A stretch of 64,000 nt of DNA from a virus (Duplodnaviria; Caudoviricetes). A program made the position numbers and the translations under genes. Below are positions 39,650 to 49,776 of this stretch, piece after piece. Location: positions 13,537-77,536 of IMG/VR virus record IMGVR_UViG_3300037295_000333, one strand, 5' to 3'. Numbering within the stretch: the stretch's first letter is position 1; the number at the start of each line of letters is the position of its first letter. The notes below the pieces were generated by a model, which did not search any database, had not been told where the DNA came from, and saw only the letters and a program-made list of their open reading frames with translations.

Positions 39650-40208
39650 AAATTTCCTTTCTATCTTTAAAACCATTTGCATCGCCATATCTTTGCGTTT
39701 GTCTCCCTATGTTTACAATATCACTTATAGAATCAAGGTCATTTAGGTCAGCAAACTTATTTAAATTATTTACCTTCCAATACCACAGTGAACTAATGAG
39801 TGCATCGGCTTCTGTTTCTAAAAGTTCAGGATTTTTTAAATAATCAATTTTAGTATCTTTACTTAATTTTGTAAAATTATTTTTACCTGTAATTCCAATA
39901 AATCCACCTGCTCTATACTTCCACCCATCGCCACTTTCTTCATCGCCATTACCCATTCTATTTGCATAAACATAATTTGCCATTTTTTCAGAATTCCTCA
40001 AATAAGAAGAAACAAACAAATTAGTTTTGCCTTTAAATGGTGTATAAAAAATTTCTTTTGCCTGCTTAATTGTTGTGTAGTATGTATCTTCTCTAACTGG
40101 TTTTAAATTACTTTCATGCTCCAATTGTGTCATTAAGTGGTTGTACCTAAGTTTTGTGTTAATGTAAAAAGACTCCAAAAGACTTTTGTATTTTTCTCTA
40201 AATTCCAT
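39624..40208 (-). CDS. glycoside hydrolase family 19 endolysin
   Basis: QLEHES, YANRMGNGDEESGDGWKYR, GITGKNN, SLWYWK. Confidence 0.92.
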   Translation of the reverse strand: MEFREKYKSLLESFYINTKLRYNHLMTQLEHESNLKPVREDTYYTTIKQAKEIFYTPFKGKTNLFVSSYLRNSEKMANYVYANRMGNGDEESGDGWKYRAGGFIGITGKNNFTKLSKDTKIDYLKNPELLETEADALISSLWYWKVNNLNKFADLNDLDSISDIVNIGRQTQRYGDANGFKDRKEIYERRSKLD

Positions 40209-40218
40209 TTTTTAATTT

Positions 40219-40740
40219 TTAAGTGAACGAAAAAGTGGCAATTATATCTCCTGATAAAATTGTTCCTGAGTTTCCATCTGATGCACCCGAGGTAATTGCA
40301 AAAGCCAAACCTAAACTAAAATTAATTCCAACTAAGGCGGGCACCGTAAATCCACACTGTCCAGATGGCAATGGTATTGTAATTAAAGGTATGTCTACCC
40401 CTACATTGGGTGCAGTTGCCTTGTTGTATAGTTTAAAAAACTTTATTGTTGCAGATGTGTTTACAACAAATAAGTTGCTTAAATTACTTTTTCCTGTTTT
40501 TATTAAATTTGAATTGCTTCCTGCTGCAGAAATAAAATTCTCATATATCTGTGGGCTGTCACTTTGATTTACAACTTTAATTGATTTAATTTCTCCTCCA
40601 TTTGAACCAGTATCAAATCCTGTATTTTTCTCTATAAATTTTTCAAAATCAATTTTTGTAAAAGCTACATTATTAATATCTACAATTTCATTTAACCTTA
40701 TGGATAAAATGGCTCCCCCTAATTTAAAAATAGTGTACAT
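40219..40740 (-). CDS. putative virion protein; possible disrupted N-terminal extension to 40859
   Basis: KFFKLYNKATAPNVG domain; upstream frame reads KKVYTNGNYLYIVDTINNDVISG*KSNF. Confidence 0.65.
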   Translation of the reverse strand: MYTIFKLGGAILSIRLNEIVDINNVAFTKIDFEKFIEKNTGFDTGSNGGEIKSIKVVNQSDSPQIYENFISAAGSNSNLIKTGKSNLSNLFVVNTSATIKFFKLYNKATAPNVGVDIPLITIPLPSGQCGFTVPALVGINFSLGLAFAITSGASDGNSGTILSGDIIATFSFT

Positions 40741-40876
40741 ATCTACATCTTGATCGTATTTAAAAAATTCAAAATTAGATTTTCATCCTGATATTACATC
40801 ATTATTTATTGTGTCAACTATATATAAATAGTTTCCATTTGTGTATACTTTTTTGCCATTTTATTAAATTATTTTG

Positions 40877-41605
40877 TTATCTTTGTCTTTTCATTCTATC
40901 CTCAGCAATTTTTGTCATAAGGTGTTGTATATGCGCTTGCTTTGCCTTAGATAAACTATTTATTTGAGTGAGTCCATAATCAAATTGTAGTGCCTCATTA
41001 AATTTTAAATTAAAGTCTGTACAAATACTTTTAATTGTATTTATAACATTAAATTGATTCATACCTTCTCCCCCTGCAGATGAATAGTCTTTATCGGGAA
41101 ACTCAACTTCAAAAAATAGTTTTTTCCAATTCAATTCTGACTGTTCAAGCGAACTATCAATCCAATTATATAGCCCTAGCATGTCAAATAGGTTCTCATC
41201 TAGTATTTTTTCTCTAAAATTTTTGAACTCTATGGAATCAATGTCAAAATCTTGCTCATTGTTGGAGCTAAAACAGACAATTGATATAATTTCTGTCATC
41301 AATTGTCCTATTTTTTCTTCCGAATTGTCTTTTCCAAGCAATGTTTGCAACTCCATCATGGCAATAAAGGTAATATTGTCCACGTTTTGAGGCTTTTTTA
41401 TTAAACTTTCCTCGTTTACCCTAGCTTTTTTAGGATCAATTTGTTTAATTTCCTCAATTTGAGCCTGCATTTTTCGAAAAAATCTAATAAAATCAAATAT
41501 TTTCCAAAATTTCCACCTATTGTAAGTGTAAACCTCCTTCATAATTTTATTAAAATCTACTTTTTCCTCACATATTTGGTCTAAAAACCTTAATTTGTAT
41601 ATCAT
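40877..41605 (-). CDS. hypothetical protein (possible tail assembly chaperone)
   Basis: ORF track; context only. Confidence 0.6.
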   Translation of the reverse strand: MIYKLRFLDQICEEKVDFNKIMKEVYTYNRWKFWKIFDFIRFFRKMQAQIEEIKQIDPKKARVNEESLIKKPQNVDNITFIAMMELQTLLGKDNSEEKIGQLMTEIISIVCFSSNNEQDFDIDSIEFKNFREKILDENLFDMLGLYNWIDSSLEQSELNWKKLFFEVEFPDKDYSSAGGEGMNQFNVINTIKSICTDFNLKFNEALQFDYGLTQINSLSKAKQAHIQHLMTKIAEDRMKRQR

Positions 41606-42106
41606 TTAGTCTAAAAAATCATCTAACATAATGAGAAGTTCAGCTTGTTTTTCAAAAAGTAACGTTCTATGCAATGGTGTAGCTTGATATAGGTTACATA
41701 TAATAAGTTCAAGATTCTCTTCTATTTCTTCTTTGGTATAATTGTGTGCTACTTTTTCTTTAGTATCTTCTTCTTTAGTTTGGCTTTCATCTATTACAAT
41801 TTCCTCAACTACCTCTATTTCTTTAAATGAAGCGTCTGTAATCAATTCTTTTTCTTTTTCTTCCTCTAGCTTGCTTTTAACAATTGGGTCGCTCAAATCA
41901 ATTCCTTTTGCTTCAATAGCTTTCACCTCTTCTAATCTTTGCAAAGCTAGATTTATTAAATCTACTTTTTTCTTTCCTTGATGCCACACCTCAGGGATGC
42001 CCAACTCAGTAAACTTTTCCTTCAAGTCTCCATAAGCCACTGCTTCCAATTCTAATTTTTGATCCAATGCTCTTTGGTATTCAATTTGTTCTAATGCTTT
42101 ACTCAT
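41606..42106 (-). CDS. acidic hypothetical protein
   Basis: ORF track. Confidence 0.7.
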   Translation of the reverse strand: MSKALEQIEYQRALDQKLELEAVAYGDLKEKFTELGIPEVWHQGKKKVDLINLALQRLEEVKAIEAKGIDLSDPIVKSKLEEEKEKELITDASFKEIEVVEEIVIDESQTKEEDTKEKVAHNYTKEEIEENLELIICNLYQATPLHRTLLFEKQAELLIMLDDFLD

Positions 42107-42246
42107 AATATTTTGTTTTTAAATTATTTACTTATCTCTATTTTAAAGCCTGTATTTTTAGGTATACGGCTTTGTTATTGTTTTTTGGTAATATATTACC
42201 ACTTTATTTTTTTAATGCCTTAAATCAAACGTATTGACTTTATGAC

Positions 42247-42286
42247 AAAAAGAAACCCACTCTATTTTTAATAAAGTGGGTTTCTG
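42247..42286 (-). terminator. intrinsic terminator; same hairpin as 63585-63623
   Basis: AAACCCACTCTATTTTTAATAAAGTGGGTTT at both loci. Confidence 0.7.
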
Positions 42287-42454
42287 CTATTGTTTTGTTT
42301 TTTAAAAATTTTTACCCTTTTAATTAATTTAATTGTATTTCAGTATTGTTAAAAATCTTGTATCCAATTTTTTTAAATGCTTTATATTGTTCAATTACCC
42401 AATCTTTATATAAACAATACTTTTAAAAACATTTTTAACAAAACTTTAACAAAT

Positions 42455-42655
42455 CTACCTTACTATAAAAATTACATTTTTAGGAGCCATCTTTCGAAAA
42501 GAATCTTCCTCCTCTTTATTTTCTACAGTATGAAGTGTTACTTTGTATTTCTTTTGCTTTGTGTCTAAAACAAAGTTTATAAAATTGTCTTTTGCATCAC
42601 ATCTATATTCTCTTGCTTCCAACTCTCTTGGATAAATTTCTTTTTTCTTATTCAT
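42455..42655 (-). CDS. hypothetical protein
   Basis: ORF track. Confidence 0.6.
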   Translation of the reverse strand: MNKKKEIYPRELEAREYRCDAKDNFINFVLDTKQKKYKVTLHTVENKEEEDSFRKMAPKNVIFIVR

Positions 42656-42658
42656 GTC

Positions 42659-42907
42659 TTAAAATTTTTTATTTAAATTGTCTTTTATGATAAAATCCAT
42701 TTCATCAATAGGGATTGATATAAAGTTTAGCTCTATTTCATAATCACTAGAAAATATGCTTAAATCAAAAATATGTTCCTTTACATATATTCTAGCTATT
42801 CTATCAAATAAAATACATCTGTAATAGTTAGTACTGATTTTTTGAAATCCGTATTTGTCTAAGATATACAAATCAACTTCCGATATTTTATGCTCTGTAT
42901 TTTTCAT
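42659..42907 (-). CDS. hypothetical protein
   Basis: ORF track. Confidence 0.6.
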   Translation of the reverse strand: MKNTEHKISEVDLYILDKYGFQKISTNYYRCILFDRIARIYVKEHIFDLSIFSSDYEIELNFISIPIDEMDFIIKDNLNKKF

Positions 42908-42919
42908 AACTTTTTTTTT

Positions 42920-42997
42920 TGATAAAGAGTCAGGATTCGAACCTGAAAGAATTGGGGTTTTTGTCCACTCGTTTTGCCTACTTAAACTATCTCTCTA
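42920..42997 (-). tRNA. degenerate tRNA-like element (anticodon arm mispaired)
   Basis: TAGAGAG/CTCTTTA acceptor, GTTT-AAGTAGGCA-AAAC D arm, TCAGG-TTCGAAT-CCTGA T arm; anticodon loop ACAAAAA lacks U33. Confidence 0.6.
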
Positions 42998-43001
42998 TTT
43001 T

Positions 43002-43076
43002 TTGGACAAGGTGGGATTCAAGCCAACTTTATATTCAACGCTCATTGTCTCACATTTTAAGCGACTCCCCGTGTCC
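43002..43076 (-). tRNA. degenerate tRNA-like element
   Basis: GGACACGG/CCTTGTCC-A acceptor; eroded T arm GTTGGCTTGAATCCCAC. Confidence 0.45.
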
Positions 43077-43184
43077 TACGCTATATTGTGTATTTTAATA
43101 ATTATTTTGAACTTTGCCTTATCGACTTTACAAAGATAAGAAACTTTATTTAATAAACAATACTTTTTAAATATTATTTTTAAT

Positions 43185-44306
43185 CTATTTTAACATACAT
43201 GGCATAATCAAAACCGTATGTAAAGATTCTTTCCCTTGTGGATGCATTAGCATAGCTCTATTTGGCAAAGAAAATTTTAATACAATAGTTTTTTCCTTTA
43301 TATTTTTTAAGCCCGTTAAAAGAAGTTTATAATTCAATCCTATTGTAATGTTTTCGTCAATAAGTTTTTTGCAATGTAGACTATCATACATATCAATTTC
43401 ATTTCCTTCGTATGTATGAATTTTCATTAGGTCTTTTACTATCTCTAATTTTACTATTGAAGTTACTTTATTTGTAATTGCACCTATATTTTTTAAAGCA
43501 GTTTCAAATTCCTTTTTGTCTACATAAATTTCAATATTGTTTTCTTTTGGAATAACGGCTTCATAGTTTGGATATTTCCCATCAATTACATTTGATCTAA
43601 TTTCGTAGTCTTCAAATTTTAAATTAATTTCTTTACCGTTAAAATCAATTTTACAAATTCCCTTTTTCTTATTCGTTATTTGTTTCACGAATTTTAAAAA
43701 TCCTATTGGTAAAATTATTTTTGATTCAATAGGCATTCCGTCTAGTGATTGAATTGTATCTTTGTATTTATATTGAATTAATTTGTGCGCATCTGTTGCA
43801 GCTAAAGTTAATTCTAAATCGTGAAAGTCAAATAATACTCCTGACATAACAGGTCTTAAATCATCCTTTCCTGCAAATTCAATTGTTTGCGTTATTCCTT
43901 CATTCAGTTTTTCTGCATCCATTTCAAAAGAGTACATACTTTCTAAATCTTCTTTTATAAAAACATCAGCTTTTAATTCAGTGTTTAGTTTAAATGATTT
44001 TTCAAAGTATGAGAACGTACATTGTTTCTCTCCATTCTCAATTGTTAAATCTTGTTTTCCAATTGATTTTAAACAAGCAAACAGTTTCTTTGCATCTACC
44101 ATGAAAGCATTGCTAGGATCACATACTGCCTCTACAGTGAATTGAAAGTATTGGTCTATGTTTCTTGTACTTAAAACAATTTGATTACCTTGTGCCTCTA
44201 TTAATATGTTATCAAGGTCTGGATTCCTATTGCTTGCTTTTTGAATAGTTGTTACTAATTCTTTTACACCTTTCAATAATTCAATTGATTGTACTTGTAT
44301 TTTCAT
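43185..44306 (-). CDS. dnaN: DNA polymerase III beta sliding clamp
   Basis: DDLRPVMSGVLF, AATDAHKL, IDGKYPNYEAVIP, IGLNYKLL, C-terminal VLIMPC. Confidence 0.93.
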   Translation of the reverse strand: MKIQVQSIELLKGVKELVTTIQKASNRNPDLDNILIEAQGNQIVLSTRNIDQYFQFTVEAVCDPSNAFMVDAKKLFACLKSIGKQDLTIENGEKQCTFSYFEKSFKLNTELKADVFIKEDLESMYSFEMDAEKLNEGITQTIEFAGKDDLRPVMSGVLFDFHDLELTLAATDAHKLIQYKYKDTIQSLDGMPIESKIILPIGFLKFVKQITNKKKGICKIDFNGKEINLKFEDYEIRSNVIDGKYPNYEAVIPKENNIEIYVDKKEFETALKNIGAITNKVTSIVKLEIVKDLMKIHTYEGNEIDMYDSLHCKKLIDENITIGLNYKLLLTGLKNIKEKTIVLKFSLPNRAMLMHPQGKESLHTVLIMPCMLK

Positions 44307-44404
44307 CTTGTAATTTTATTATATGGTTTGGAAATATTTCCTTTGCAAAGTTAATTAAAAAAATTGGTTATTCAATAATTTTTTAAATATTATTTAATAA
44401 AATA

Positions 44405-44430
44405 AAAACCCCACTATTTCTAATGGGGCT
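44405..44430 (-). terminator. intrinsic terminator
   Basis: CCCCA-TTAGAAATAG-TGGGG followed by a T-tract on the minus strand. Confidence 0.65.
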
Positions 44431-44610
44431 AATAGGTCTCAGTTACCTATCTTGCTATCTAAAGATGTGCATTGTATTATAATCCCCAATACCTGGGTCG
44501 TAGCTTGATAGCATCCCTTAGCCGACTCTGATTATAAATAAAGAAAATGAAGGGCTATTAACACGTCTATTAAATTATCGCCACGCATTAAGCTTTATTT
44601 GACATTATTT

Positions 44611-44904
44611 TTATAAACTTGTATATAGTCCTGTAGCTTCAGTAAACAAATTTTGTAACTGATCGCAATAAATATCTTCATAAAGTACTTTAACTTTCTT
44701 TTCAAAGTTTTTATTCATACTATAGAATTCCATTGTATATGTATCCATAGGCGTTAATATTATTTTTAAGTACTTTGCTTTGGACTTATTGGTTTGTATT
44801 GTCATATTGATACCATCACTATATGAACCAAAGTTTTTAGTTCCTGTCATTGCAATAAATTCTCTTCCTCCTAATTGTTCCAATATTGTTTTAGCTACTT
44901 CCAT
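44611..44904 (-). CDS. conserved early phage protein
   Basis: MEVAKTILEQLGGREFIAMTG; under a host-type promoter. Confidence 0.75.
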   Translation of the reverse strand: MEVAKTILEQLGGREFIAMTGTKNFGSYSDGINMTIQTNKSKAKYLKIILTPMDTYTMEFYSMNKNFEKKVKVLYEDIYCDQLQNLFTEATGLYTSL

Positions 44905-44931
44905 CTTTCTAATTTTAATAAAATTTAGTTT

Positions 44932-45141
44932 TTAATTATTTCTATTTAAAAATAATTTTGCATTTCTTTCAGCGTCTCCTAATCTTGCAAACATAGTTGT
45001 GAAAACTAATTTTCCATCTCTCTCCACTTTAAAGAAGGTTCTTTTTGTGCCCTCTTTTAATACCTTTGATACATTTACACTCTCACCTGTTTTTGGGTTG
45101 CTTATTTTAGATACTTTATTTAAGGTAGTGAAAGTTTTCAT
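44932..45141 (-). CDS. small basic early protein
   Basis: ORF track; directly downstream of the promoter at 45175. Confidence 0.7.
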   Translation of the reverse strand: MKTFTTLNKVSKISNPKTGESVNVSKVLKEGTKRTFFKVERDGKLVFTTMFARLGDAERNAKLFLNRNN

Positions 45142-45174
45142 AGTGTCTTTTTTTACTTTGCCTTATTGGCTCTA

Positions 45175-45293
45175 CAAAGATACGAAACTTAATGAGAAAT
45201 CAAATAAAGTTTAATGTTAAAATTTTGTTAAAAATTATTTTAAAAAATAATCAAATAAAAGTATTGTTTATTAAATAAACATTCGTATCTTTG
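45175..45293. promoter_or_regulatory. divergent pair of Bacteroidota sigma promoters
   Basis: Minus TATCTTTG at 45182-45175 and plus TATCTTTG at 45286-45293, each with TTG about 20 nt upstream. Confidence 0.8.
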
Positions 45294-45328
45294 TACCAGC
45301 AATAAAGCTAAACACTAAAACAAATATT

Positions 45329-45496
45329 ATGACAACTATTTCAAACACTACAGCAACACAAACAGCAATTCAATTAGTAATTATGGATGCGATAGAAAAA
45401 GGACACATAAATAAAAACGATTTAATTGAATTTATGAAATCAGAAGTTTTTGAAAAAGCTGTTAAAAACTACGTTAAACTTTTAAAAACACTATAA
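45329..45496 (+). CDS. 55-aa early protein; the only well-supported plus-strand CDS
   Basis: Hand-translated MTTISNTTATQTAIQLVIMDAIEKGHINKNDLIEFMKSEVFEKAVKNYVKLLKTL; follows the plus-strand promoter. Confidence 0.7.
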   Translation: MTTISNTTATQTAIQLVIMDAIEKGHINKNDLIEFMKSEVFEKAVKNYVKLLKTL

Positions 45497-45499
45497 ATG

Positions 45500-47150
45500 A
45501 AAATTCAAAAATATCTAGCAACATTTAGCCTGGCTTTATTGGAAACACTTTATTTAAAAAAATTATTTTTAAAAATAAATGTTAAAAAACTTGTGAGAAC
45601 AAAACTATAGTTGTATCTTTACACTATAATAAAAAGCAAAGTTAAACACTTGAGACGTAGACTCCGTCAAACCTTATAATTAAATCTTGATTTACAAAAA
45701 ACCTTTTTAGTAAAGGTACGTAAAAAATAATGAATAAAAAAATAGGATATTAAAAATATTGTTTTCAAAAATAATCCTTCCGTACAATTTATGTTAATTA
45801 TTTGTTAAAAGTTTGGTTTTTAAAAATATTGTTTTTGCAAATAAACTTTAACAAATGTTATTTTGAAAACCCGATTTTTTGAAATCAAAAGTTTTTGAAA
45901 ATAAATTTGTTTTGTATTATTATATTTTGTATCTTTACGTTGGCGCTTTTTACTTTTTAAAAAAATGAATTTGGAAAAAAGTTTTTTAGTAAAAATACAA
46001 CAAAAATAGTTTTAAAAAAAATAGGATATTAAAAATTTTTAGTTATTAGGTTTTGTTAAATATTGTTTTTGGAAAACTGTTTTTTTAAAAACCAAACTTT
46101 TAACAAAACTTTAACATAAGAGCCACTGAAGAAACTTTATGGAAAGATTAACAAATGTTTTTTGGAAATATGATTTTTTTAAATAACTTTTTAAAATTTG
46201 ACTTATACAAGTTTTTAACAAAACTTTAACACAGAAGCCACTGAAGAATTTAAAACAAATCGGTATCATAAAGTTACGACTTATTTTTGTATTTTACAAA
46301 TTTATTTTTAAAAACTTTTGATTTTAAAAAATCGGATTTTGCAAGTTTTTTTTTAGAAAAGATTTTTGTATAGCTACTATGTATAACATAGTACCGTCCA
46401 CTGAATTTTTGGAAACATATTTTTTTAAATCCTATTTTTTTATTCAATTTTTTTTACGTATCTTTGTAGAAAAAGGATTTTTGTAAATTGGTTTTTTAAA
46501 AAAAAGACTTTTAGTGAAGGTACGAATAAAATTTGTCTTTGACAAACTATTTTATACTTTTGTTTTAAAAATAATTTATGTCCTATATTTATCCAGTTCT
46601 TATACTATATGAAACGATTACAATTTTTACCCCATTTTTGTAGGAAAAATTAAATTTTTGCAAAAACAACGATGTCAATGAGAGTCGCACTTTAGTATAC
46701 TTTTTTTCGGGGTTATATAAAACTTTTTTTGTAGGAAAAATTTTTTAAAAAGTAGGTTTAAAATTAGGATTTGTCGAAAAAAAGTGTATTGTGCAATAAT
46801 GGTGGTCAAAAAATTGGATTTGAAAAATTTTTTTTCAAAATATAAAAATCGCACGTTTTAAAAACTTTTTTTTGTAAAATACTTTTTGATAAAAAAATTA
46901 TCCAAACTTTTCATGACAAATCTTGTCATAAAATAACCTTTTACCGACAATTATTATAAAAAATTACTCTTTGATGGTTTATATTTTTTAAAATCTTTTT
47001 TTTACAAAATATACTATATCAACAACTTACAAAAATTTAAGTGGGAAAAAGTCATAAAAAAAACATATAAAACCTTAAAAATCAAAACAAATCATTTAAA
47101 ACCCTTCTTTTTTCTTTATAATCCTATGCTAATATCTTACTCTATTCTAT
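45500..47150. repeat. AT-rich non-coding region with nested inverted and direct repeats
   Basis: ~70-bp imperfect inverted repeat 45690-45758 / 46418-46488; TTTTAACAAAACTTTAACA..AGCCACTGAAGAA twice (about 46099 and 46213); inverted copy near 45790-45830. Confidence 0.7.
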
Positions 47151-47350
47151 TTACTTTATGATTGATTTATTGTTTTTATTTATTTCTCTTCTTTATTTTT
47201 GTTGTAGTTTATTTTTTTTATTATTCCTTATCTTTATTTTCCATTAAGTTAAACTTTTTATTAAAATCATTTTTAGGCTATTTTAAGGCATTAAAAATTA
47301 TTTTCTATATAAGTAGGCATAAAATGTATTATCTTGTCTTAGAACAGCCT

Positions 47351-47575
47351 TTAAATTACTACAATTTGATTCTCATGCATATTGTTGTTCACCTTTAATC
47401 TCATTCCTTTGTAATAAAAATAATTAGTCTTTTTTATATGAGTTTTATTTACTAGATTTTTAAAGTCTTTCTCGCCCAACATTATTACAGATGGACTTTG
47501 TATGCTTGCTTTTAGATTTGACTTTGATATTAATTCTATCTTTGCCTTAATCTTTCCTTCTAGTATTTTATTCAT
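47351..47575 (-). CDS. hypothetical protein
   Basis: ORF track. Confidence 0.6.
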   Translation of the reverse strand: MNKILEGKIKAKIELISKSNLKASIQSPSVIMLGEKDFKNLVNKTHIKKTNYFYYKGMRLKVNNNMHENQIVVI

Positions 47576-47603
47576 CGTTTGTATTTTATTTTAATTTATA
47601 ATT

Positions 47604-47687
47604 TTGTAGTTGCAATGGATTTGAACCACTATAAATTTAAGCTCCATTCACTTTAACTCCTTTGAGTATTATTTATTTAACAACTCC
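47604..47687 (-). tRNA. degenerate tRNA-like element
   Basis: GGAGTTGT/GCAACTAC acceptor with one mismatch; AGTGG-TTCAAAT-CCATT T arm; no recognisable D or anticodon arm. Confidence 0.45.
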
Positions 47688-47854
47688 ATGAGATACCTCT
47701 CATTTAGGCACATAAGATTAACTTTTTTATGTGAGAAAATTAGTTTTGATAGCTTAGCTTCCGTCCAAGTATCCCAGACATTACTGATTTTTAAGTCTTT
47801 AGACCTTAAGGAGCAGATTCCCTCACGATATAGTTTTTTTGAAATGGTGGTCGC

Positions 47855-47935
47855 TAACCATTTTTGTTGCAGTAAAGGGACTCGAACCCTCTTTTATACC
47901 TATTTTCATGGGTAAGAAATTAAAGTAACCTTACA
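47855..47935 (-). tRNA. degenerate tRNA-like element
   Basis: GAGGG-TTCGAGT-CCCTT T arm then TACTGCA-ACA; 5' half eroded. Confidence 0.4.
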
Positions 47936-48212
47936 CGATTCTCATTTATTTAGTTAACATTATAAATGGTTGTCTTATTCTTTTTATACCACACTCCTTC
48001 GCAAGACTTTCATCAAGCATCCTTATAGCTTAATTAATTAGGCTTTTGGCTGGACTCTACCAATTTTAATTTTTATCAAAGATAAACTAATTTATTTAAT
48101 ATGCTAAATTTATATATGATTTTTATTATAATTATAAATGCGTTGCTGAACTGTTATTTCTTTCGTCTAAGATGAGGCATAGTTCCTTATCGCACTGGTA
48201 CGCATTAATAAA

Positions 48213-48404
48213 TTATTTCATTATATCTTTTAATTGGTTTATTATTGATTGACTTCTTTCTCCCCAAAACATATCACACTTTCCCATTTTTATAGGTGGA
48301 TCTACAAAAAAGGATTGCCTAAACTCTGATTTTTTTGCATTGAATCTATAACATCCGACTTTTAATGGACAATCTTTTCCTGAACACATAGTTATATCTG
48401 CCAT
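48213..48404 (-). CDS. small Cys-rich phage protein
   Basis: MADITMCSGKDCPLKVGCYRF...CDMFW. Confidence 0.7.
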   Translation of the reverse strand: MADITMCSGKDCPLKVGCYRFNAKKSEFRQSFFVDPPIKMGKCDMFWGERSQSIINQLKDIMK

Positions 48405-48471
48405 ACTTTTTGTTGGTATTTACAAACATTAAGTGATTTTTATAGACTTAATGTTATGGTTAGTACTGTTT

Positions 48472-49773
48472 TTATATATATCCTTTTATTCTTCTAGCTT
48501 TACGAACTATTCTAAACTCTCCACCTCTTAAATTTTCTCTAGGTTTACGACTATTAATTCCATATCTTAATGCAGCTAGTTCATCTGGTTCGTGAGGTAG
48601 TTTATTATTTTTATCTCTTCTAAAGGTCATATAAGCATAGTATAGTCCTGAATCTTCACTACCTATCATTACAATTGATTTATCTTGTACTTTCTTTATT
48701 CCTGATTCTACGTTACCCTTTGTACATCTTCTTATTCCACCGTAACCACCTAATCTAATTTCTTCAATTAATAACGGCATGGCAGAATCAGCATATATTT
48801 TAGCCGTAAATGAAACTTCAGCCATTCTTATTTCTCTTAACGTTTGCTTTATAGTTAAGCCTGCCTTTGAAAACATTTCTTGTACATAGTAAGTTTGCTC
48901 AAAGTAAGTAATTTTTATCAAAGAAGTTTTATCTTTTCCTCCATATCCAAAATCCAATCCATACCAAGTATCGCCTTCATTATCAAAGTTATCCCATCTA
49001 TCCCATCCACCATAAATTCTGCCTGAAACTTCTAATGTCCATTCAGCCATAATGGTATTGGTATAGTAAGTTGGATTTGTTTTTTCTAAGTCTCTATATC
49101 TTTTTACTACAGACTCATTTAAATTATCAATATTGTCTAAAAAAGTAGAATGAATATAAATAGTATCATCTAACCTTTCTCTTTTTTCAACTCCTTCTTT
49201 AAACCATTCCTTGTGTATCCAAGACTGTATGGATGAGGTTGGGTTGTAGATTAGAATTATCTTTAATGGTTTTCCCTTTATTCTTATTGATTCATCTACC
49301 TTTGAGAATTCGTCAAAACTTTCAACTTCTTCTGCTTCCTCAACGACTAAAGTTGTTATTCCTGATAGCGACTTTAGTTTTGCGGTTTGTGTTCCCGTTG
49401 ACCTTATGCCCTTAAATATTATTGTTGATCCTGTTTTTTTATTAGTAATTACTCCATTTGCAATTCTAAAATCAGAAGCTAAACCCATTGTTTCAATTGC
49501 ATTTTCTACGTCTGCGATTGTTGAGTCTTCAGAAGATGACATTGTTTGTCTTAAAAATAATATTTTATGTTTATACGGGCTATATGTTTTTTCTACCATA
49601 GCCACGGAGACAGTAAAAGATTTTCCTGATCCACGTCCACCATATACTTGATAATACCTAGGGTCTTCTAAGTTATCTTTAAATAAATCTGAAAACAATG
49701 GATTAATTAATAATTCTTTTATTTCGGGAGCGTTGTCTTTTTCAATTTCTGCATTGGTTCTCCTCTTTGCCAT
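48472..49773 (-). CDS. terL: terminase large subunit (PBSX-like)
   Basis: YGGRGSGKS, LVVEEAEE, IYNP, YGLDFGY, IYADSA, HEPDELAALRY. Confidence 0.95.
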   Translation of the reverse strand: MAKRRTNAEIEKDNAPEIKELLINPLFSDLFKDNLEDPRYYQVYGGRGSGKSFTVSVAMVEKTYSPYKHKILFLRQTMSSSEDSTIADVENAIETMGLASDFRIANGVITNKKTGSTIIFKGIRSTGTQTAKLKSLSGITTLVVEEAEEVESFDEFSKVDESIRIKGKPLKIILIYNPTSSIQSWIHKEWFKEGVEKRERLDDTIYIHSTFLDNIDNLNESVVKRYRDLEKTNPTYYTNTIMAEWTLEVSGRIYGGWDRWDNFDNEGDTWYGLDFGYGGKDKTSLIKITYFEQTYYVQEMFSKAGLTIKQTLREIRMAEVSFTAKIYADSAMPLLIEEIRLGGYGGIRRCTKGNVESGIKKVQDKSIVMIGSEDSGLYYAYMTFRRDKNNKLPHEPDELAALRYGINSRKPRENLRGGEFRIVRKARRIKGYI

Positions 49774-49776
49774 ATT

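Noticed and set aside
7506-40859. Genome-wide stop-codon reassignment
   Set aside because: Long genes are uninterrupted under code 11, all three stops terminate genes, the two internal stops differ (TAA, TGA), and no suppressor tRNA is seen
42855-43139. 94-aa plus-strand ORF
   Set aside because: Antisense to two tRNA-like elements
44430-44605. tmRNA
   Set aside because: No GGGG-start acceptor, T arm or tag reading frame recognisable
47162-47915. Plus-strand ORFs 47162-47398 and 47688-47915
   Set aside because: Low-complexity Phe/Tyr/Leu-rich or antisense to RNA-like elements; no start context
48137-48206. Hammerhead ribozyme or retron msr-msd
   Set aside because: GATGAG and GAAA core halves fall on opposite strands; no reverse transcriptase in the window
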